NCBI RefSeq assembly: GCF_009914755.1
Contig: NC_060939.1
DNA: 64,000 nucleotides
Source: the human T2T-CHM13v2.0 reference genome, Homo sapiens
Strand: one strand, 5' to 3'
The stretch's first letter is position 1. The number at the start of each line of letters is the position of its first letter. The notes below the pieces were generated by a model, which saw only the letters and a program-made list of their open reading frames with translations, did not search any database and was not told where the DNA came from. Positions 43,856 through 59,136 of this stretch are shown piece by piece. Both the position numbers and the translations under genes were made by a program.

Positions 43856-44669
43856 CTACCCTCAGCCTCCTTCAGTAAATAAATTGAGGCCTGAGTCCCA
43901 AAGGGCTAAGATGCAAGGCTGAGAAAGCTGACCTCTGGCAACCACACAGGTCCTGCAGAGGGGCATGTGGAGGACCTGAAAGGTGGGAAGCAGGGTCTCC
44001 AGCAGAGCTGAGAGAGGGCCTAGCCCAGGATGCAACTGCTCTGCCCAGGCTTCCACCAAGAGAGATTCCTCATCTGTAATTGGCTGAATTGGCTAAATAC
44101 TTCCTGAAACAGGTCAGAAAGGAGACTGAGGGTCATAAATCCCTGGATAATTAACCATCCAGGACCTAGTCTTGCTGGACCTAAGAAGTTACAACAGCCT
44201 CAAGTTTTCCCCACCTACCAGGTGAGTAATTTGAATACTGATTTCATACAAAGCTCTGGGCACCCCAAATCTCTTGCTGTGACCACACAATCTTCATCAA
44301 GCCACAGGGCCTTTGTATGTGTGGTTCCCTCTACCTATACTGCCTGACTTCCTTACCCCATCTAGATAACTCCTACAGATTCCTCAATGCCTACCTCAGA
44401 TTAACCACTGAACTCTCCTCTACCCTACCAGACTCCAAAGGTCTATGGCCCAGGAGGTGGAGACTTGCAGAATGAAGGTCCAAGCCAAGCTCTGGCTTTG
44501 GCGGATGGTGGCAATAGGGACCTGTACTTTGGGGACCCTTGCTCCTACAGCACAAATGCCAGATGAGAGAGAATGCCAGATGAGAGAACCCCAGAGCAAG
44601 GGGTCTCACTCTGTTGCCCAGGGTGGTCTTAAATTGCCTCTGAGTAGCAGGCAGTGGAGGACATGATCA

Positions 44670-45020
<351 letters not shown>

Positions 45021-45821
45021 TCATGGTCACAGACCCCAGGCCTGGTGAACACAGAGGGGGCTGACTCAGTTTTCCCAGGAAGCTGAGTCACAGCTCACAG
45101 CATCCAGCACTCCCACCAGGGCCTCTGCCCTCACCTCTCCGAGCACCCTCTGCCTCTCACCTCCTCCCTGCTCTGCCTGGCTGGGAGAAGAGAAAGGAAA
45201 AAAGAGAGTGAAGGGGAACAAAACTCCAACTCCCCTCCACTCCCTCTGCTGAGGGCCAGGAACTGATATTCTTAGAGCCCTTTGTGTAACTTTCAGTCTC
45301 TCCAGTCTTTGCCTCAGCTGCAGGCATGCCTTCCATGCCACTCCCACTTCCTCCTGGCCGATGCTCACCTTTGACACTCCAGGGCCCCTCTATATAACAT
45401 TTTCTGACTCTTGCACAAACAAAATTGACCAGCCTCTCCTCCTCTGCACCCCCAACACGTCCCATTACTCACTTCTGTCGGGGGACCTCAGGTGCCCCGA
45501 ACTGGGTTGGTCATAATAAACCTTAATTCATGCACACTCTTGAAATTCATCAATCCATGCAAAGTCCTCTTCGTGACTTGGGGGTGTTTTTGTTGATAAG
45601 AATATTATCACAAACTTACCACCCACCATAGAAACTAGGAACTTGACAGTAACTTACACTTGCCCTCCTGGTCCTTCCACATCCTTTGTTCCCTTCTAAG
45701 GAGACCACCCACTAGAATCCCTTGCTCTCATTTGTGTCTAATTTTATCTGATCTCCATTTATTCCCAAAAGGTACTATTACAAAATATATACTAGTGTTT
45801 AACTTCTTTTAAAAAGCTGTC

Positions 45822-46137
45822 GGTCAGACACAGTGGCTCACGCCTGTAATCCCAGCATTTTGGGAGACCGAGGCAGGTGGATCACCTGAGGTCAGGAGTT
45901 CGAGACCAGCCTGGCCAACATGGTGAAACCCCGTCTCTACTGAAAATACAAAAATTAGCTGGGCATGGTGGCGGGCATCTATAATCCCAGCTACGCCGGA
46001 GCTTGAGGCAATAGAATCACTTGAACCCGGGAGGCGGAGGTTGGAGTGAGCCAAGATCGTGCCATTGCACTCCAGCCTGGGTGACAGAGCAAGACTCTGC
46101 CTCAAAAAAAAAAAAAAAAAAAAAAAAAGAAAGAAAG
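45822..46137 (+). mobile_element. Alu (AluSx-like) within an old L1-like fragment
   Basis: Full dimer, TSD AAAAGCTGTC; flanks (to ~46540) resemble L1M 3' sequence (TTTTCCAAAGTAGTGGCTCCAGTTTACACTCCCACCAG). Confidence 0.93.
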
Positions 46138-46542
46138 AAAAGCTGTCATGCTTTGCCAGACTTGCTTTTTTCACTTAGTTGCACCGTTCCAAGTATCATC
46201 TGTATTGCTGTGGGAGACTGAGTCCCTTCATTTTGACTGGTGTGTACCACAATTCACTCACTTATAATCCTATTGGGCATTTCAGTAGCTTTCTGGTTTT
46301 TAATATCATGAACGGTACCACTGCAAACCTTCTACTACACATCCCCCAAAGCAGGGATACTCTTTGGAGTATATCCCTGAAATCAAACTGCTATGTCACA
46401 GGTATGCAAATATTCCATTTTAGGAGAAAATGTCCAACCATTTTCCAAAGTAGTGGCTCCAGTTTACACTCCCACCAGTAACAGATGAGAGCCCCAGTTG
46501 CTCTGTAGCCTTACCCACACTTGATATGGTTACGTTTTACCT

Positions 46543-46856
46543 TTTCTTTTCTTTTTTTTTTTTTTTTTTGAGACAGGATCCAGCTCTGTCACCCAGCCTG
46601 GAGTGCAGTGGTGCCATCTCTCGTCACAGCAACCTCTGCTTCCTAGGCTCAAGTAGTTCTCTGGCCTCAGCCTGCCAAGTAGCTGAGAACACAGGCATGT
46701 GCCACCACATCGGCTAATTTTTTATTTTTTATTTTTTGTAGAGATGGGGTCTCACTGTGTTGCCCAGGGTGGTCTTGAACTCCTGAGCTCAAGCAATCTG
46801 TCCGCCTTGGCCTCCCAAAGTGCTGGGATTACAGGCATGAGCCAATGCGCCCTGAC
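46543..46856 (-). mobile_element. Alu (AluJ-like)
   Basis: Reverse dimer with poly-T. Confidence 0.92.
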
Positions 46857-46877
46857 CCTCATTTTACATTTTTGATG

Positions 46878-47172
46878 GGGTGGGTATGGTGGCTCATGCC
46901 TATAATCCTAGCACTTTGGAAGGCTGAAGCGGGAAGATTGCTTGAGCCCAGGGGTTTGAGACCAGCCTGGGCAACATGGCAAAATCTCATCTATACTAAA
47001 AATGTAAAAATTGGCTGGGTGTGGTGACACGCACCTGTAATCCCAGCTACTTGGGAGGCTGAGGTGGGAGGATCACCTGTGCCGGGGGGCAGAGGCTGCT
47101 GTGAGCCATGATCAAACCACTGCACTCCAGCCTGGATGACACAATGAGATCCCATCTCAAAATAAAAAAAAA
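46878..47172 (+). mobile_element. Alu (AluJ-like), head-to-head with the previous Alu
   Basis: Forward dimer ~20 bp from neighbour. Confidence 0.92.
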
Positions 47173-47463
47173 TTTATGAACAATTTCGTAGAAAACAGTA
47201 TCCACTACACTTAAATACACTGATCTGTCCCCATGTAGGACAAATGTCTCACTGCCCCTTTAGCCTGTATGGGACTCACGGTGGCAGGTCCCTGCTCTAT
47301 TTGTCACTGTATCTCCAGTTCCTGGCACAAGTCCTGATTCATCAAGGATGCTCAGTAAGGTGGGACTCAGTGAGCAAACCAGTCAGTGAGAACTTTGCCA
47401 GATCTTTAATTATTCATTAGGATCTTCAGCATGGCCATTTCCCTGAAGGCTGGCAGAGCAATT

Positions 47464-47492
47464 CATCATCATCATCATCATCATCACCATCA
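47464..47492. repeat. (CAT)n microsatellite
   Basis: CATCATCAT... run. Confidence 0.9.
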
Positions 47493-47649
47493 TTTGTTTT
47501 AGGGAGGCAGGAAAATGACGGGGATTCACCTAGAGGCCCTGCTAGGAGGCACAGGGCAAGCCTGGCCTCAGCCCCTCACCCCCAGCCTCTGCCCTCTCCA
47601 CAGCTCCCCACCACCTCCCTCCAGTCCCTGGGAGATGGCCCAGGACTCA

Positions 47650-47865
<216 letters not shown>

Positions 47866-48484
47866 TCAGCACAGCTGCCTCACAGTTCCACAACTTGCTG
47901 ACTGTGGGACCTGAGTCGAGGCCCTTAACCCCTCTGAGTCTCAGTTTCCTCTTCTGTAAAATGGAGACAAATACAGTACCTGTCTCGCAGCGCTGCTGAA
48001 GGACAAGACAATAGGAAGTATATGGATGTGACCTTTGTTAAACATTCTACAAGTGACAGCTTTATGATCACTGTTGCTGCTGTCCCACAGCACATCCCCA
48101 GGGCCAGCCCAAAGCCACCCCCGAGCCTTCCATGGACCAGCAAGTCCTCCACTCCTTGCGCATTCTTCCTGTGTCCACACCTACAGCAGCCCCAGCTTCT
48201 CACCTGTCCACAGAGCTCAGAACCATGGCACACTTTCATGTCACTGCTAGAGTGACTCACTATAGCTTGCAAGGTAGGCCATATTCCAGGCCAAATCCCT
48301 GTCAGACTCTACAACTGAAATTCTGAGAGTGGCCACCCTGACCCTAAGAGTCAGAGGCCACCCAACAACACGCTTTGTCTCTATTAAAATAAAACTTCAG
48401 TAAAACATCAAGCCCCAACATACAGGCAGGGGAGACAGGCTTGCAAATCACTTTGCAGACAATCTGTATTAAATACAACTGGGT

Positions 48485-48990
<506 letters not shown>

Positions 48991-49548
48991 AAATAAGAAA
49001 TAAAAATACAACTACTAAAAAACAACAGAAAATTCCACTTCTTGCTAGCCTCTGCCTTTTATCGAAGAAAATTAAGATACACTTTTAGGCAAAATAGCAT
49101 AAAAACATGGAGATACAAGCCAAGTGTGCTCATGTGTGTGCATGTTCTCTCTCTCTCTCCTCTCATAGTGCTGCTTTAACCACTGAGCCAGAAAGCCTGG
49201 GCCTACCTTGATGAGTTTCAGGCCTTCACTTGTTCTGTGGCCTCCCAGAAAATCCCCTCAGTGTTTTTCCAGCTACCATGTGTCTTTGCACTAACTAGCT
49301 CCATACCCCTAACCAAGTTCAGCCAAGCCCTTGAACTGCTATTATCATGATCAATTCCACTTCTGGGAATCTAGCCCAAGGCAATGATCTGACATCAGCA
49401 ACAATGCTTGATGGATAAGGATGTCCATTGCAGCCTCATGTCTAACAGCAAAAAAGTCAAGAGTAGGTTGTATGTTCACTTTAAAGAACCCGCGAAAAAA
49501 AAAATCCATACTGTGAACTACTATGCTGCCTTTTAAAATTATATTAGA

Positions 49549-49709
49549 GGCCAGGCACAGTGGCTCACACCTGTAATCCCAGTACTTTGGGAGGCTGAGG
49601 AGGGAGAGGGAGGATCACTTGCGCCCAGGAATTCAAGGCTACAGTGAGCCTATGATGGCACCACTGCACTCCACCCTGGGAGACAGAGCAAGACCCTGTT
49701 TCAAAAAAA
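49549..49709 (+). mobile_element. Monomeric Alu (FAM/FRAM-like or recombined)
   Basis: Single ~160-bp Alu monomer with A tail. Confidence 0.8.
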
Positions 49710-50299
49710 GTAAATATTAATAAGATAGATCAAGAAAAAGGAAGAAGATATAAATAAACGAAACGAGATCTTTCCCCAGAAAAGTCTGAGGACCACTGAA
49801 CATCACTTTCTCTTAAAATATAAAATAATTTTATATTAGAGAGAGAAAAAAGGAAAGAATTCCTTGATATATTGTTGTGAGACAACATAAGCAGCATATG
49901 TAGTATATTCACATACCTCATGATACTTAAATGTTAAATCAATTGGAATTGATTGTATCTGACTTCAATTTTTCATTTGTGTTTCTCTGTATTTTCTAAA
50001 TTGCTCTGTATAAAACAAGAACAGCCTTTGTGTTAGGAAAAAAACCCACAAAAGTTGTATTTTAAATTCCTCACATTTATTCAGAAGTTTATTGTTTATT
50101 AGCTATAAGTTCAAGTATAATGACACACAGAGCTGGAAGTCAGACAATTCCAGTTCCTGCCCTGGCTTTGCTCTCATGAGTTGTGTGACATTGACAAGAC
50201 CCTTCTTCTCACTGGGCCTCAGTTTCCCCATCTGTAAAGTGGGGAAATAATAACACCAACTACAGGGATATGTTGCAAGATTCAGATGGAAGTGACTCA

Positions 50300-50659
50300 G
50301 AAAACAGAAAGATAATTAGGGTCTGGAGGCAGGGAACATAAGGCCAATTCACACTTGAGCTGTGACAGGAAATATCCTCTCCATAGGGCGTATGCTGTAA
50401 ATGACTTTGTAACTTTACTTCATCCTCTCCATTTACATAAGGCGTATGGAATTAACCAATGGAATGCTCTAAGGGGTATTTAAACTCCCAAAAATTCTGT
50501 TAACGGGGCCCCTGAGCTCCTACACTCAGGCCCCTCCCACACCGTGGTGTGCATTTTCATGTTCAATACATCCCTTCATCCCTTCCGTGCTTTGTTTGTG
50601 CGTTTTGTCAAATTCTTTGTTCAAGACACCAAGAACCTGGACACCCTCCACCGGTAACA
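50300..50659 (+). mobile_element. MER51A-like ERV1 5' LTR
   Basis: TAGGGTCTGGAGGCAGGGAACATAAGGCC...CCAAGAACCTGGACACCCTCCACCGGTAACA matches remembered MER51A consensus; CCAAT and TATTTAAA present. Confidence 0.8.
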
Positions 50660-51992
50660 TGTATTTTGGCCAGCCAGCCAGGAGGAAGAGGTAAGCCCAA
50701 AGTTTGGGATTCGTTTTTCTCCCTTTCCTTTCTGCTCCATACAGGAGCTCTCTCTTTCTCTTTTCTGTTCCAACTTGGGACCCTTGCTGGGCCCCACCTA
50801 AACACGGAGACAACTGCAGGTTTCTGGCCGTGGCCAGTGAAACTAAGGGGTTTCCACGTGGAGAAGCAGCCTGACTGCCACCGCCCGGTTCGCTTAAGGG
50901 ACCTGGGTCTTTTTTATGTTTTTTTTCTCTTTTTTTGTCTCTTTCTATTTCAGTCTTTCAGCGGCTGTTTCCTAGTAGCTCCTTGGAAATTGAGGCTGGG
51001 GTCACCAGTACTGCCTGAAGGTCTACGAATGAAAGGGAATAATTGCGCTGCCCCAAAGCGGGAGGGACTTTTTTTAAAAATCTTTTTTGCCTATGGTTCC
51101 TGATCCCTACATGCGGTGCTGCTCGGAGCAAACTCATAAATGTTTCTGGGGGCTTAAACCTTACTTTCTTATGCTAAATTCTTCCCTTATAGTGCTCAAC
51201 TAGCTAAGGACAAAAAAAGCCCACGCAGCATCCAGTTCACATTACAGTTCATGGCTACTCTTATAAAGTTCATAGTATGCTCCAGAGGGGAAAGCCTGCA
51301 TGTGATGCCCACCTAAAGCCAGAGACGTCTGGGACCCTAAGATTGGACCCCACAGGAGGATGCTCTGTGGGTCCTGCGGACCCCAGCCACTCCAAAGAGG
51401 ATGCTCTTGGCAGAGGTTCTGAGGTCTAGCCCTCCTTAGAATTTTCTCTCCGCAGTTGCAATGCTGTTTGGCCCCAACATTGTTTGGAATCTGAAGTTTA
51501 CTGTTGAATTGGAAAGTGGAATAGAGTTGCATGTATCCAGGCTTTTGTGCTGCAGCTCTAAGCAGGGGGCCTGGTTAACATGTGACACCCTGCTTTGAAG
51601 TCGTGGGAGGTTTGGCCTTTAAAAATCAAACTGCCATGGAGACTGCTTTAGCCAAAATTTTGGTTCACAGCCTTCATTGGATTATCTGTTGGGGCAAAAA
51701 CTGGCAAGCTTGTATTGCTATCTCATGGCTAAGGTTCCAAGCTATTGAATCTTCGTTTATGTGTGTGTATACATGTCTAGATGTGTTTATTTGTATGTAC
51801 ACATTGTTATATGTTGTGTCTACCAAATTGCCTTATAAGTAAAAGAGCACTCATAAATTAAGTAAATAAGTCTAAGCAATTTTCAAGTTCACGTGACTTA
51901 AAGTATAACTTTACTAAACAAGCTAGCTTTAAAATTATTGGTGGAATAAAAATAGAAATGCCTTCAGTATTATCAGTATACATTTTGTTTGA

Positions 51993-52310
<318 letters not shown>

Positions 52311-52328
52311 TAGATATTCTTAAATGTC

Positions 52329-52578
52329 AGTGAATTCAACCTGGGAGCTGCTTGGGGCGAGCCTGCCTCCCCTTCTATTCAAAGTCTCACTGAGATAAAT
52401 GCATATCTGATTGGTTCCTTTGGAAAGGCTAATCAGAAACTCAAAAGAATGTAAACATCTGTCTCCCACCTGTGATCTGAAAGCCTCCAAGCCCACTCCT
52501 TGCCTTGAGTTGTCCCACCTTTCAGGACCAAACCAATGTTCATTTTACATATGTTAATTAGTGTCTCATGTCTCCCTT
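52329..52578 (+). mobile_element. MER4A-like LTR fragment
   Basis: CTCACTGAGATAAATGCATATCTGATTG...GGAAAGGCTAATCAGAAACTCAAAAGAATG. Confidence 0.7.
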
Positions 52579-53893
52579 GTTAAAAGTAAAAATTGAGTAC
52601 AGCAAATGGGATAAATGCTTTAGGTAAACTTTTTGTGTAAATTAAAACCTTAAAGTTATTTTTGGCACTCATTTAATATCTGGGTCATTTCCAAGTAAGA
52701 AAGGGTTGTGATATGGGGAAATATGTTTCTAAAATTGTGGAATTGTTCTTATCTATAAATGCCCATATCTGATATTTCAGGATTTCTTGCTTTTTAGGGT
52801 TTCACTAAAATTTTACATTACAAAGGATAAGGTTTCTAGTTAACACGTAATTCTGTATACAAAAAGTGCCTGAAAGGGTTATTACTAAAAAAAGGAAAGA
52901 ATAATTTTGTCTAATTCAGAAGTTATCTAAAAGTTAGTTCAAGTTACAGTTTTGAAAAGGTTATTTATGAAACAATGTAGTAAGGAACCATTAAGTAGGG
53001 GAGAAAGATGAGGTACAGTTTAAATAATAAAATATTCTTTAAAACCTGATAAAGAATTGGAAACATTTGGCTAATTAACATTTTTATAGTTAAAGCTCTT
53101 AGTCTTGATTAAAGTAAGAAGTATTGTAAAAATGCATTGGCAGTTTGGCAACTCTTTTTTTTAATATAGTTAAGCATGAAGCTGGATTTAGTGTGGAACC
53201 AAATTCCACATACATGCTTACATTGCTTCATACTATGTTTACTGTTTTGCATGGATAGTGCTGGAGTACTTATTGGTCATACGCCTAAAGTGAATTTGTT
53301 AATTGCACAGGATGTATGATAATATTAGTGAACTTAAGGATACTGAATTGTGTATCAGGAATAAAATATTCATTATGTGGGTTTTTGGGGGCCCTATGTA
53401 ACACTGTAGCCTCCAGGGTAAATTGAATAAGAAAATTTAGGGTTGGTTTCCTGCTTATTTGTTTTTGCTTCTAGTTTTCATTTGTTTGCCATTTGTTCTC
53501 CTCTGACTTTGCTTGTGTATGCATGTATATAAAAACCATGATTTTTCTTAGTTCCTAGTGGAAGGTTTTCATTTAGTTCTGTGTTCCTGTGCATTTCTAG
53601 CAAGTCATCATTCATTCCATTTTTCTGGAATTCCCAAGCTACCTTTGTTGGGCCTGCAGGAATTAATGGAGCATACTAGCTTTTTTATCCTTAAACTAAC
53701 TTTTTGGATTTTAGGCTTCCTGATACTTTAAGTGTGTTGAGTATACTCTCACAAATAGAATTTTAGTCATATTTCTCTCACTCTGCCTAGTTTCTCCAAA
53801 ATTTGTAAACTATTTATGAATATTCTTAATTCATTGCAATGTGTTTGTTTGCATACAGTCAAGCAGGGTCCCTGGGGCCACTCAGGGAGAGAA

Positions 53894-54289
53894 TGTCAGG
53901 CCTCTGAGCCCAAGCTAAGCCGTCATATCCCCTGTGACCTGCACGTATACATCCAGATGGCCTGAAATAACTGAAGAATCACAAAGAAGTGAAAATGGCC
54001 TGTTCCTGCCTTAACTGATAACATTACCTTGTGAAATTCCTTCTCCTGGCTCTTCTGGCTCAAAAGCTCCCCCACTGAGCACCTTGTGACCCCCACCCCT
54101 GCCAGCCAAAAAACAACCCCCTTTGACTGTAATTTTCCATTACCTACCCAAATCCTATAAAACAGCCCCACCCCTATCTCCTTTTGCTGACTCTTTTCGG
54201 ATTCAGCCTGCCTGCACCCAGGTGATTAAAAAGCTTTATTGCTCACACAAAGCCTGTTTGGTGGTCTCTTCACAGGGACACGCATGAAA
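53894..54289 (+). mobile_element. 5' LTR7
   Basis: TGTCAGGCCTCTGAGCCCAAGCTAAGCC...CATGAAA, TATA box CCTATAAAAC. Confidence 0.95.
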
Positions 54290-54291
54290 TT

Positions 54292-54309
54292 TGGTGCCAT
54301 GACTCGGAT
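54292..54309 (+). other. Primer-binding site, tRNA-His
   Basis: TGGTGCCATGACTCGGAT, one mismatch from TGGTGCCGTGACTCGGAT. Confidence 0.92.
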
Positions 54310-55550
54310 CAGGGGACCTCCCTTGGGAGATCAATCCCCTGTCCTCCTGCTCTTTGCTCAGTGAGAAAGATCCACCTATGACCTCAGGTCCTCAGACCAA
54401 CCAGCCCAAGGAACATCCCACCAATTTTAAACCCGGTAAGCAGCCTCTTTTTACTCTCTTCTCCAACCTCTCTCACTATCTCTCAACCTCTTTCTCCTTT
54501 CAATCTTGGCGCCATCTTTCAATCTCTCCCTTCCCTTAATTTCAGTTCCTTTCCTTTTCTGGCAGAGACAGAGGAGACGTGTTTTATCCGTGAACCCAAA
54601 ACTCCAGCGCCGGTCACAGACTCGGGAAGACAGTCTTCCCTTGGTGTTTAATCACTGCGGGGATGCCTGCTTGATTATTCACCCACATTTCAGAGGTGTT
54701 TGATCACCACGGGGACACCTGCCTTGATCCTTCACCCTTAGTGGCAAGCACCACTAATTTGGGGGGCAAGCACCTCCCTTCTCTCCGTGTCTCTACCCTC
54801 CCTTTTCTCTCCACTTTCCTGGGGGGCAGGCATCCCCCACACCTTCTCTCCATGTCTCTATCCTCTCTTTTCTCTGGGCTTACCTCCTTCACTATGGGCA
54901 AACTTCCACCCTCCATTCCTCCCTCTTCTCCCTTAGCCTGTGTTCTCAAGAATTTAAAACCTCTTCAACTCACACGTGACCTAAAACCTAAACATCTTAT
55001 TTTCTTCTGCAATGCCACTTAACCCCAATACAAACTCAACAATGGTTCCAAATAGCCAGAAAACGGCACTTTCGATTTCTCCATCCTACAAGATCTAGAT
55101 AATTCTTGTCATAAAATGGGCAAATGGTCTGAGGTACCTGACACCCAGGCATTCTTTGTTCCCTCCCTAGTCTATTTCCAATGCAATTGGTCCCAAATCT
55201 TCTTTTCCCTCCCACCTGTCCCTTCAGTCCCAACCCCAAGTGTTGTTGAGTCTTTCCAATCTTCCTTTTCTACCGACCCATCTGACCTCTCCCCTCATCC
55301 CCAGACTGCTCCTCAGGTCACTCCCCAGCCAGGCTGAATCAGGCTCCAATTCTTCCTCAGTTTCTGCTCCTCCACCCTATAATCCTTCTATCACCCCCTC
55401 TCCCCAAACCCAGTCCAGCTTACAGTTTCGTTCTGCAACTAGCCCTCCCCCATCTGCCCAGTAATTTCCTCTTAAAAAGGTGGCTGGAGCTAAAGGCATA
55501 GTCAAGGTTAATGCTCCTTTTTCTTTATCCGAACTCTCCCAAATCAGTTA

Positions 55551-56156
55551 GTGTTTAGGCTCTTTTTCCTCAAATATAAAAACCCAGCCCAGTTCATGGC
55601 TCATTTGGCAGCAACCCTGAGACGCTTTACAGCCCTAGACCCTGAAGGGTCAGAAGGCTGTCTTATTCTCAATATGCATTTTATCACCCAGTCAGCCCCT
55701 GACATTAGAAAAAAGCTTCAAAAATTAGAATCCGGCCCTCAAACCTCGCAATGGGAATTAATCAACCTTGCCTTCAAGGTGTACAATAATAGAAAGGAGG
55801 CAGCCAGACAGCAACACATTTCTGAGTTACAATTACTTGCCTCTGCTGTGAGACAAAACCCAGCCGCATCTCCAGCATACAAGAACTTCAAAACGCCTGA
55901 ACTGCAGCGGCCAGGCATTCCTCCAGGACCACCTGCCCCAGGATCTTGCTTCAAGTGCTGGAAATCTGGCCACTGGGCCAAGTATTGCCTGCAGCCTGGG
56001 ATTCCTCCTAAGCCATGTCCCATCTGTGCAGGACCCCACTGGAAACTGGACTGTCCAACTCACCCAGCAGCCACTCCCAGAGCCCCTGGAACTCTGGCCC
56101 AAGGCTATCTGACTGACTCCTTCCCAGATCTTCTCCGCTTAGCGGCTGAAGACTGA
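55551..56156 (+). pseudogene. HERV-H gag remnant (capsid C-terminus + nucleocapsid)
   Basis: HFITQSAPDIRKKLQK; zinc knuckles CFKCWKSGHWAKYC and CPICAGPHWKLDC; upstream gag has stops. Confidence 0.9.
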
Positions 56157-56217
56157 TGCTGCCCAATCGCCTCAGAAGCTTCCTGGATCATCACAGATGC
56201 TTTAGGTAACTCTTACA

Positions 56218-58700
56218 GTGGAGGGTAAGTCCGTCCCCTTCTTAATCAATATGGAGGCTACCAACTCCACATTACCTTCTTTTCAAGGGCCTATTTCCTT
56301 TGCCTCCACAACTATTGTGGGTATTGACAGCCAGGCTTCTAAACCTCTTAAAAGTTCCCAACTCTGGTGCCAACTTGGACAATATTCTTTTATGCACTCC
56401 TTTTTAGTTATCCCCACCTGCCCAGTTCCCTTATTAGGTCAAGACATTTTAACTAAATTATCTGCTTCCCTGACTATTCCTGGGCTACAGCCACACCTTA
56501 TTGCCACCCTTTTCCCCAGTTTAAAGCCTCCTTCACATCCTCCCCTTGTATCTCCCCACCTTAATCCACACATATGGGACATGTCTACTCCCTCCTTGGT
56601 GACTGATCATGCACCCCTTACCATCCCATTAAAACCTAATCACCCTTACCCTGTTCAATGCTAATATCCCATCCCACAGCATGCTTTAAAAAGATTAAAG
56701 CCTGTTATCACTTGCCTGTTACAGCATGGCCTTTTAAAGCCTATAATCTCTCCTTATAATTCCCCCATTTTACCTGTTCAAAAACCAGACAGGTCTTACA
56801 GGTTAGTGCAGGATCTGTGCCTTATCAACCAAATTGTTTTGCCTATCCACCCCATGGTGCCAAACTCATATATGCTCCTATCCTCCATACCTCCCTCCAC
56901 AACCCATTATTCTGTTCTGGATCTCAAACATGCTTTCTCTACTATTCCTTTGCACCCTTCATCCCAGCCTCTCTTCACTTTCACTTGGACTGACCCTGAC
57001 ACCCATCAGGCTCAGCAAATTACCTGGGCTGTACTGCTGCAAGTCTTCACGGACAGGCCCCATTACTTCAGTGAACCCCAATTTCTTCCTCATCCATTAC
57101 CTATCTCAACATAATTCTTCATGAAAACACACATGCTCTCCCTGCTGATCACGTCCAGCTAATCTCACAAACCCTAACCCCTTCTACAAAGCAACAATGC
57201 CTTTCCTTCCTAGGCATGGTTAGATACTCCACCTTTGGATACCTAGTTTTACCATCCTGACTAAACCATTATATAAACTTAAAAATGCAAACTTAGCTGA
57301 TCCCATAGATCCTAAATTCTTTCGCCACTCCTCTTTCTGTTCCTTAAAAACAGCCCTAGAAGCTGCTCCCACACTAGCTCTCTCTAACTCATCCAACCCT
57401 TTTTCATTACACACAGCTGAAGTGCAGGGCTGTGCGGTCAGAATTCTTACACAAGAGCCAGGACCGCGCCCGGCAGCCTTTCTATCCAAACAACTTGACC
57501 TTACTGTTTTAGCCTAGCCCTCATGTCTGTGTACGGCAGCTGTCGCTGCTTTAATACTTTTAGAGGCCCTCAAAATCACAAACTGTGCTCAACTCACTCT
57601 CTCCAGTTCTCATAACTTCCAAAATCTATTTTCTTCCTCACACCTGATGCATATACTTTCTGCCCCGCTCCACTACCTCTCAGCAAGCTGAACTCATTGC
57701 CTTAACTGGAGCCCTAACCCTTGCAAATGAATTACACGTCAATATTTATACTGACTCTAAAGATGCCTTCCATATCCTGCACCACCATGCTGTTGTATGG
57801 GCTGAAAGAGGTCTCCTCACTACACAAGGGTCCTCCATCTTAATGCCTCTTTAATAAAAACTCTTCTCAAGGCCGCTTTACTTCCAAAGGAAGCTGGAGT
57901 CATTCACTGCAAGGGCCATCAAAAGGCATCAGATCCCATTGCTCTGGGCAATGCTTATGCTGATAAGGTAGCTAAAAAGCAGCTAGCATTCCAACTTCTA
58001 TCCCTCACAGCCAGTTTTTCTCCTTCTCATCGGTCACTCCCACCTACTCCCCTACTAAAACTTCCACCTATCAATCTCTTCCCACACAAGGCAAATGGTT
58101 CTTAGACCAAGGAAAATATCTCCTTCCAGCCTCACAGGCCCATTCTATTCTGTCGTCATTTCATAACCTCTTCCATGTAGGTTACAAGCCACTAGCCCAC
58201 CTCTTAGAACCTCTCATTTCCTTTCCATCATGGAAATCTATCCACAAGGAAATCACTTCTCAGGGTTCCATCTGCTAGTCTACTACTCCTCAGGACCCTC
58301 CCTTCCCTACACATCAAGCTCAGGGATTTGCCTCTGCCCAGGACTGGCAAATTGACTTTACTCACATGCCCCAAGTCAGGAAACTAAAATACCTCTTGGT
58401 CTAGGTAGACACGTTCACCGGTTGGGTAGAGACCTTTCCCGTAGGGTCTGAAAAGGCCACCACGATCATTTCTTCCCTTCTGTCAGAGATAATTCCTCGG
58501 TTTGGCCTTCCTACCTCTATACAGTCTGATAACAGACCAGCCTTTATTAGTCAAATCACTCAAGCAGTTTCTCAGGCTCTTGGTATTCAGTGAAACCTTC
58601 ATACCCCTTACCGTCTTCAATCTTCAGGAAAGGTAAAACGGACTAATGGTCTTTTAAAAACACACCTCACCAAACTCAGCCTCCAACTTAAAAAAAGGAC
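56218..58700 (+). pseudogene. HERV-H pro-pol remnant (protease, RT, RNaseH, integrase), disrupted
   Basis: VPLLGQDIL, YSVLDLKHAF, WQIDFTH, FGLPTSIQSDN motifs; multiple stops, frameshifts and deletions. Confidence 0.9.
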
Positions 58701-59136
58701 TCTGTCAAGAATAGAGCCCAAAAACTCACCAACCAAACAAGTAATTACACTGAATCCCCTTGGGCACTCTCTAATCGGATGTCCTGGGTCCTCCCAATTC
58801 TTAGTCCTTTAATACCTGTTTTTCTCCTTCTCTTATTCAGACCTTGTGTCTTCCATTTAGTTTTTCAGTTCATACAAAATTGCATCCAGGCCATCACCAA
58901 TCATTCTACATGACAAATGCTCCTTTTAACAACCCCACAATATCACCCCTTACCACAAAATCTTCCTTTGGCTTAATCTCTCCCACTCTAGGTTCCCACA
59001 CTGCCCTTAATCCTGCTTGAAGCAGCCCTGAGAAACATTGCCCATTATCTCTCCATACCACCCCCAAAATTTTTGCTGCCCCAACACTTCAACACTATTT
59101 TATGTTATTTTTCTTACTAATATAAGAAGACAGGAA

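Noticed and set aside
44555-44588. 17-bp tandem duplication AATGCCAGATGAGAGAR x2
   Set aside because: Ordinary slippage duplication in an intron
58700-59136. Possible HERV-H env gene
   Set aside because: Only a short transmembrane-region remnant with stops; env is largely deleted
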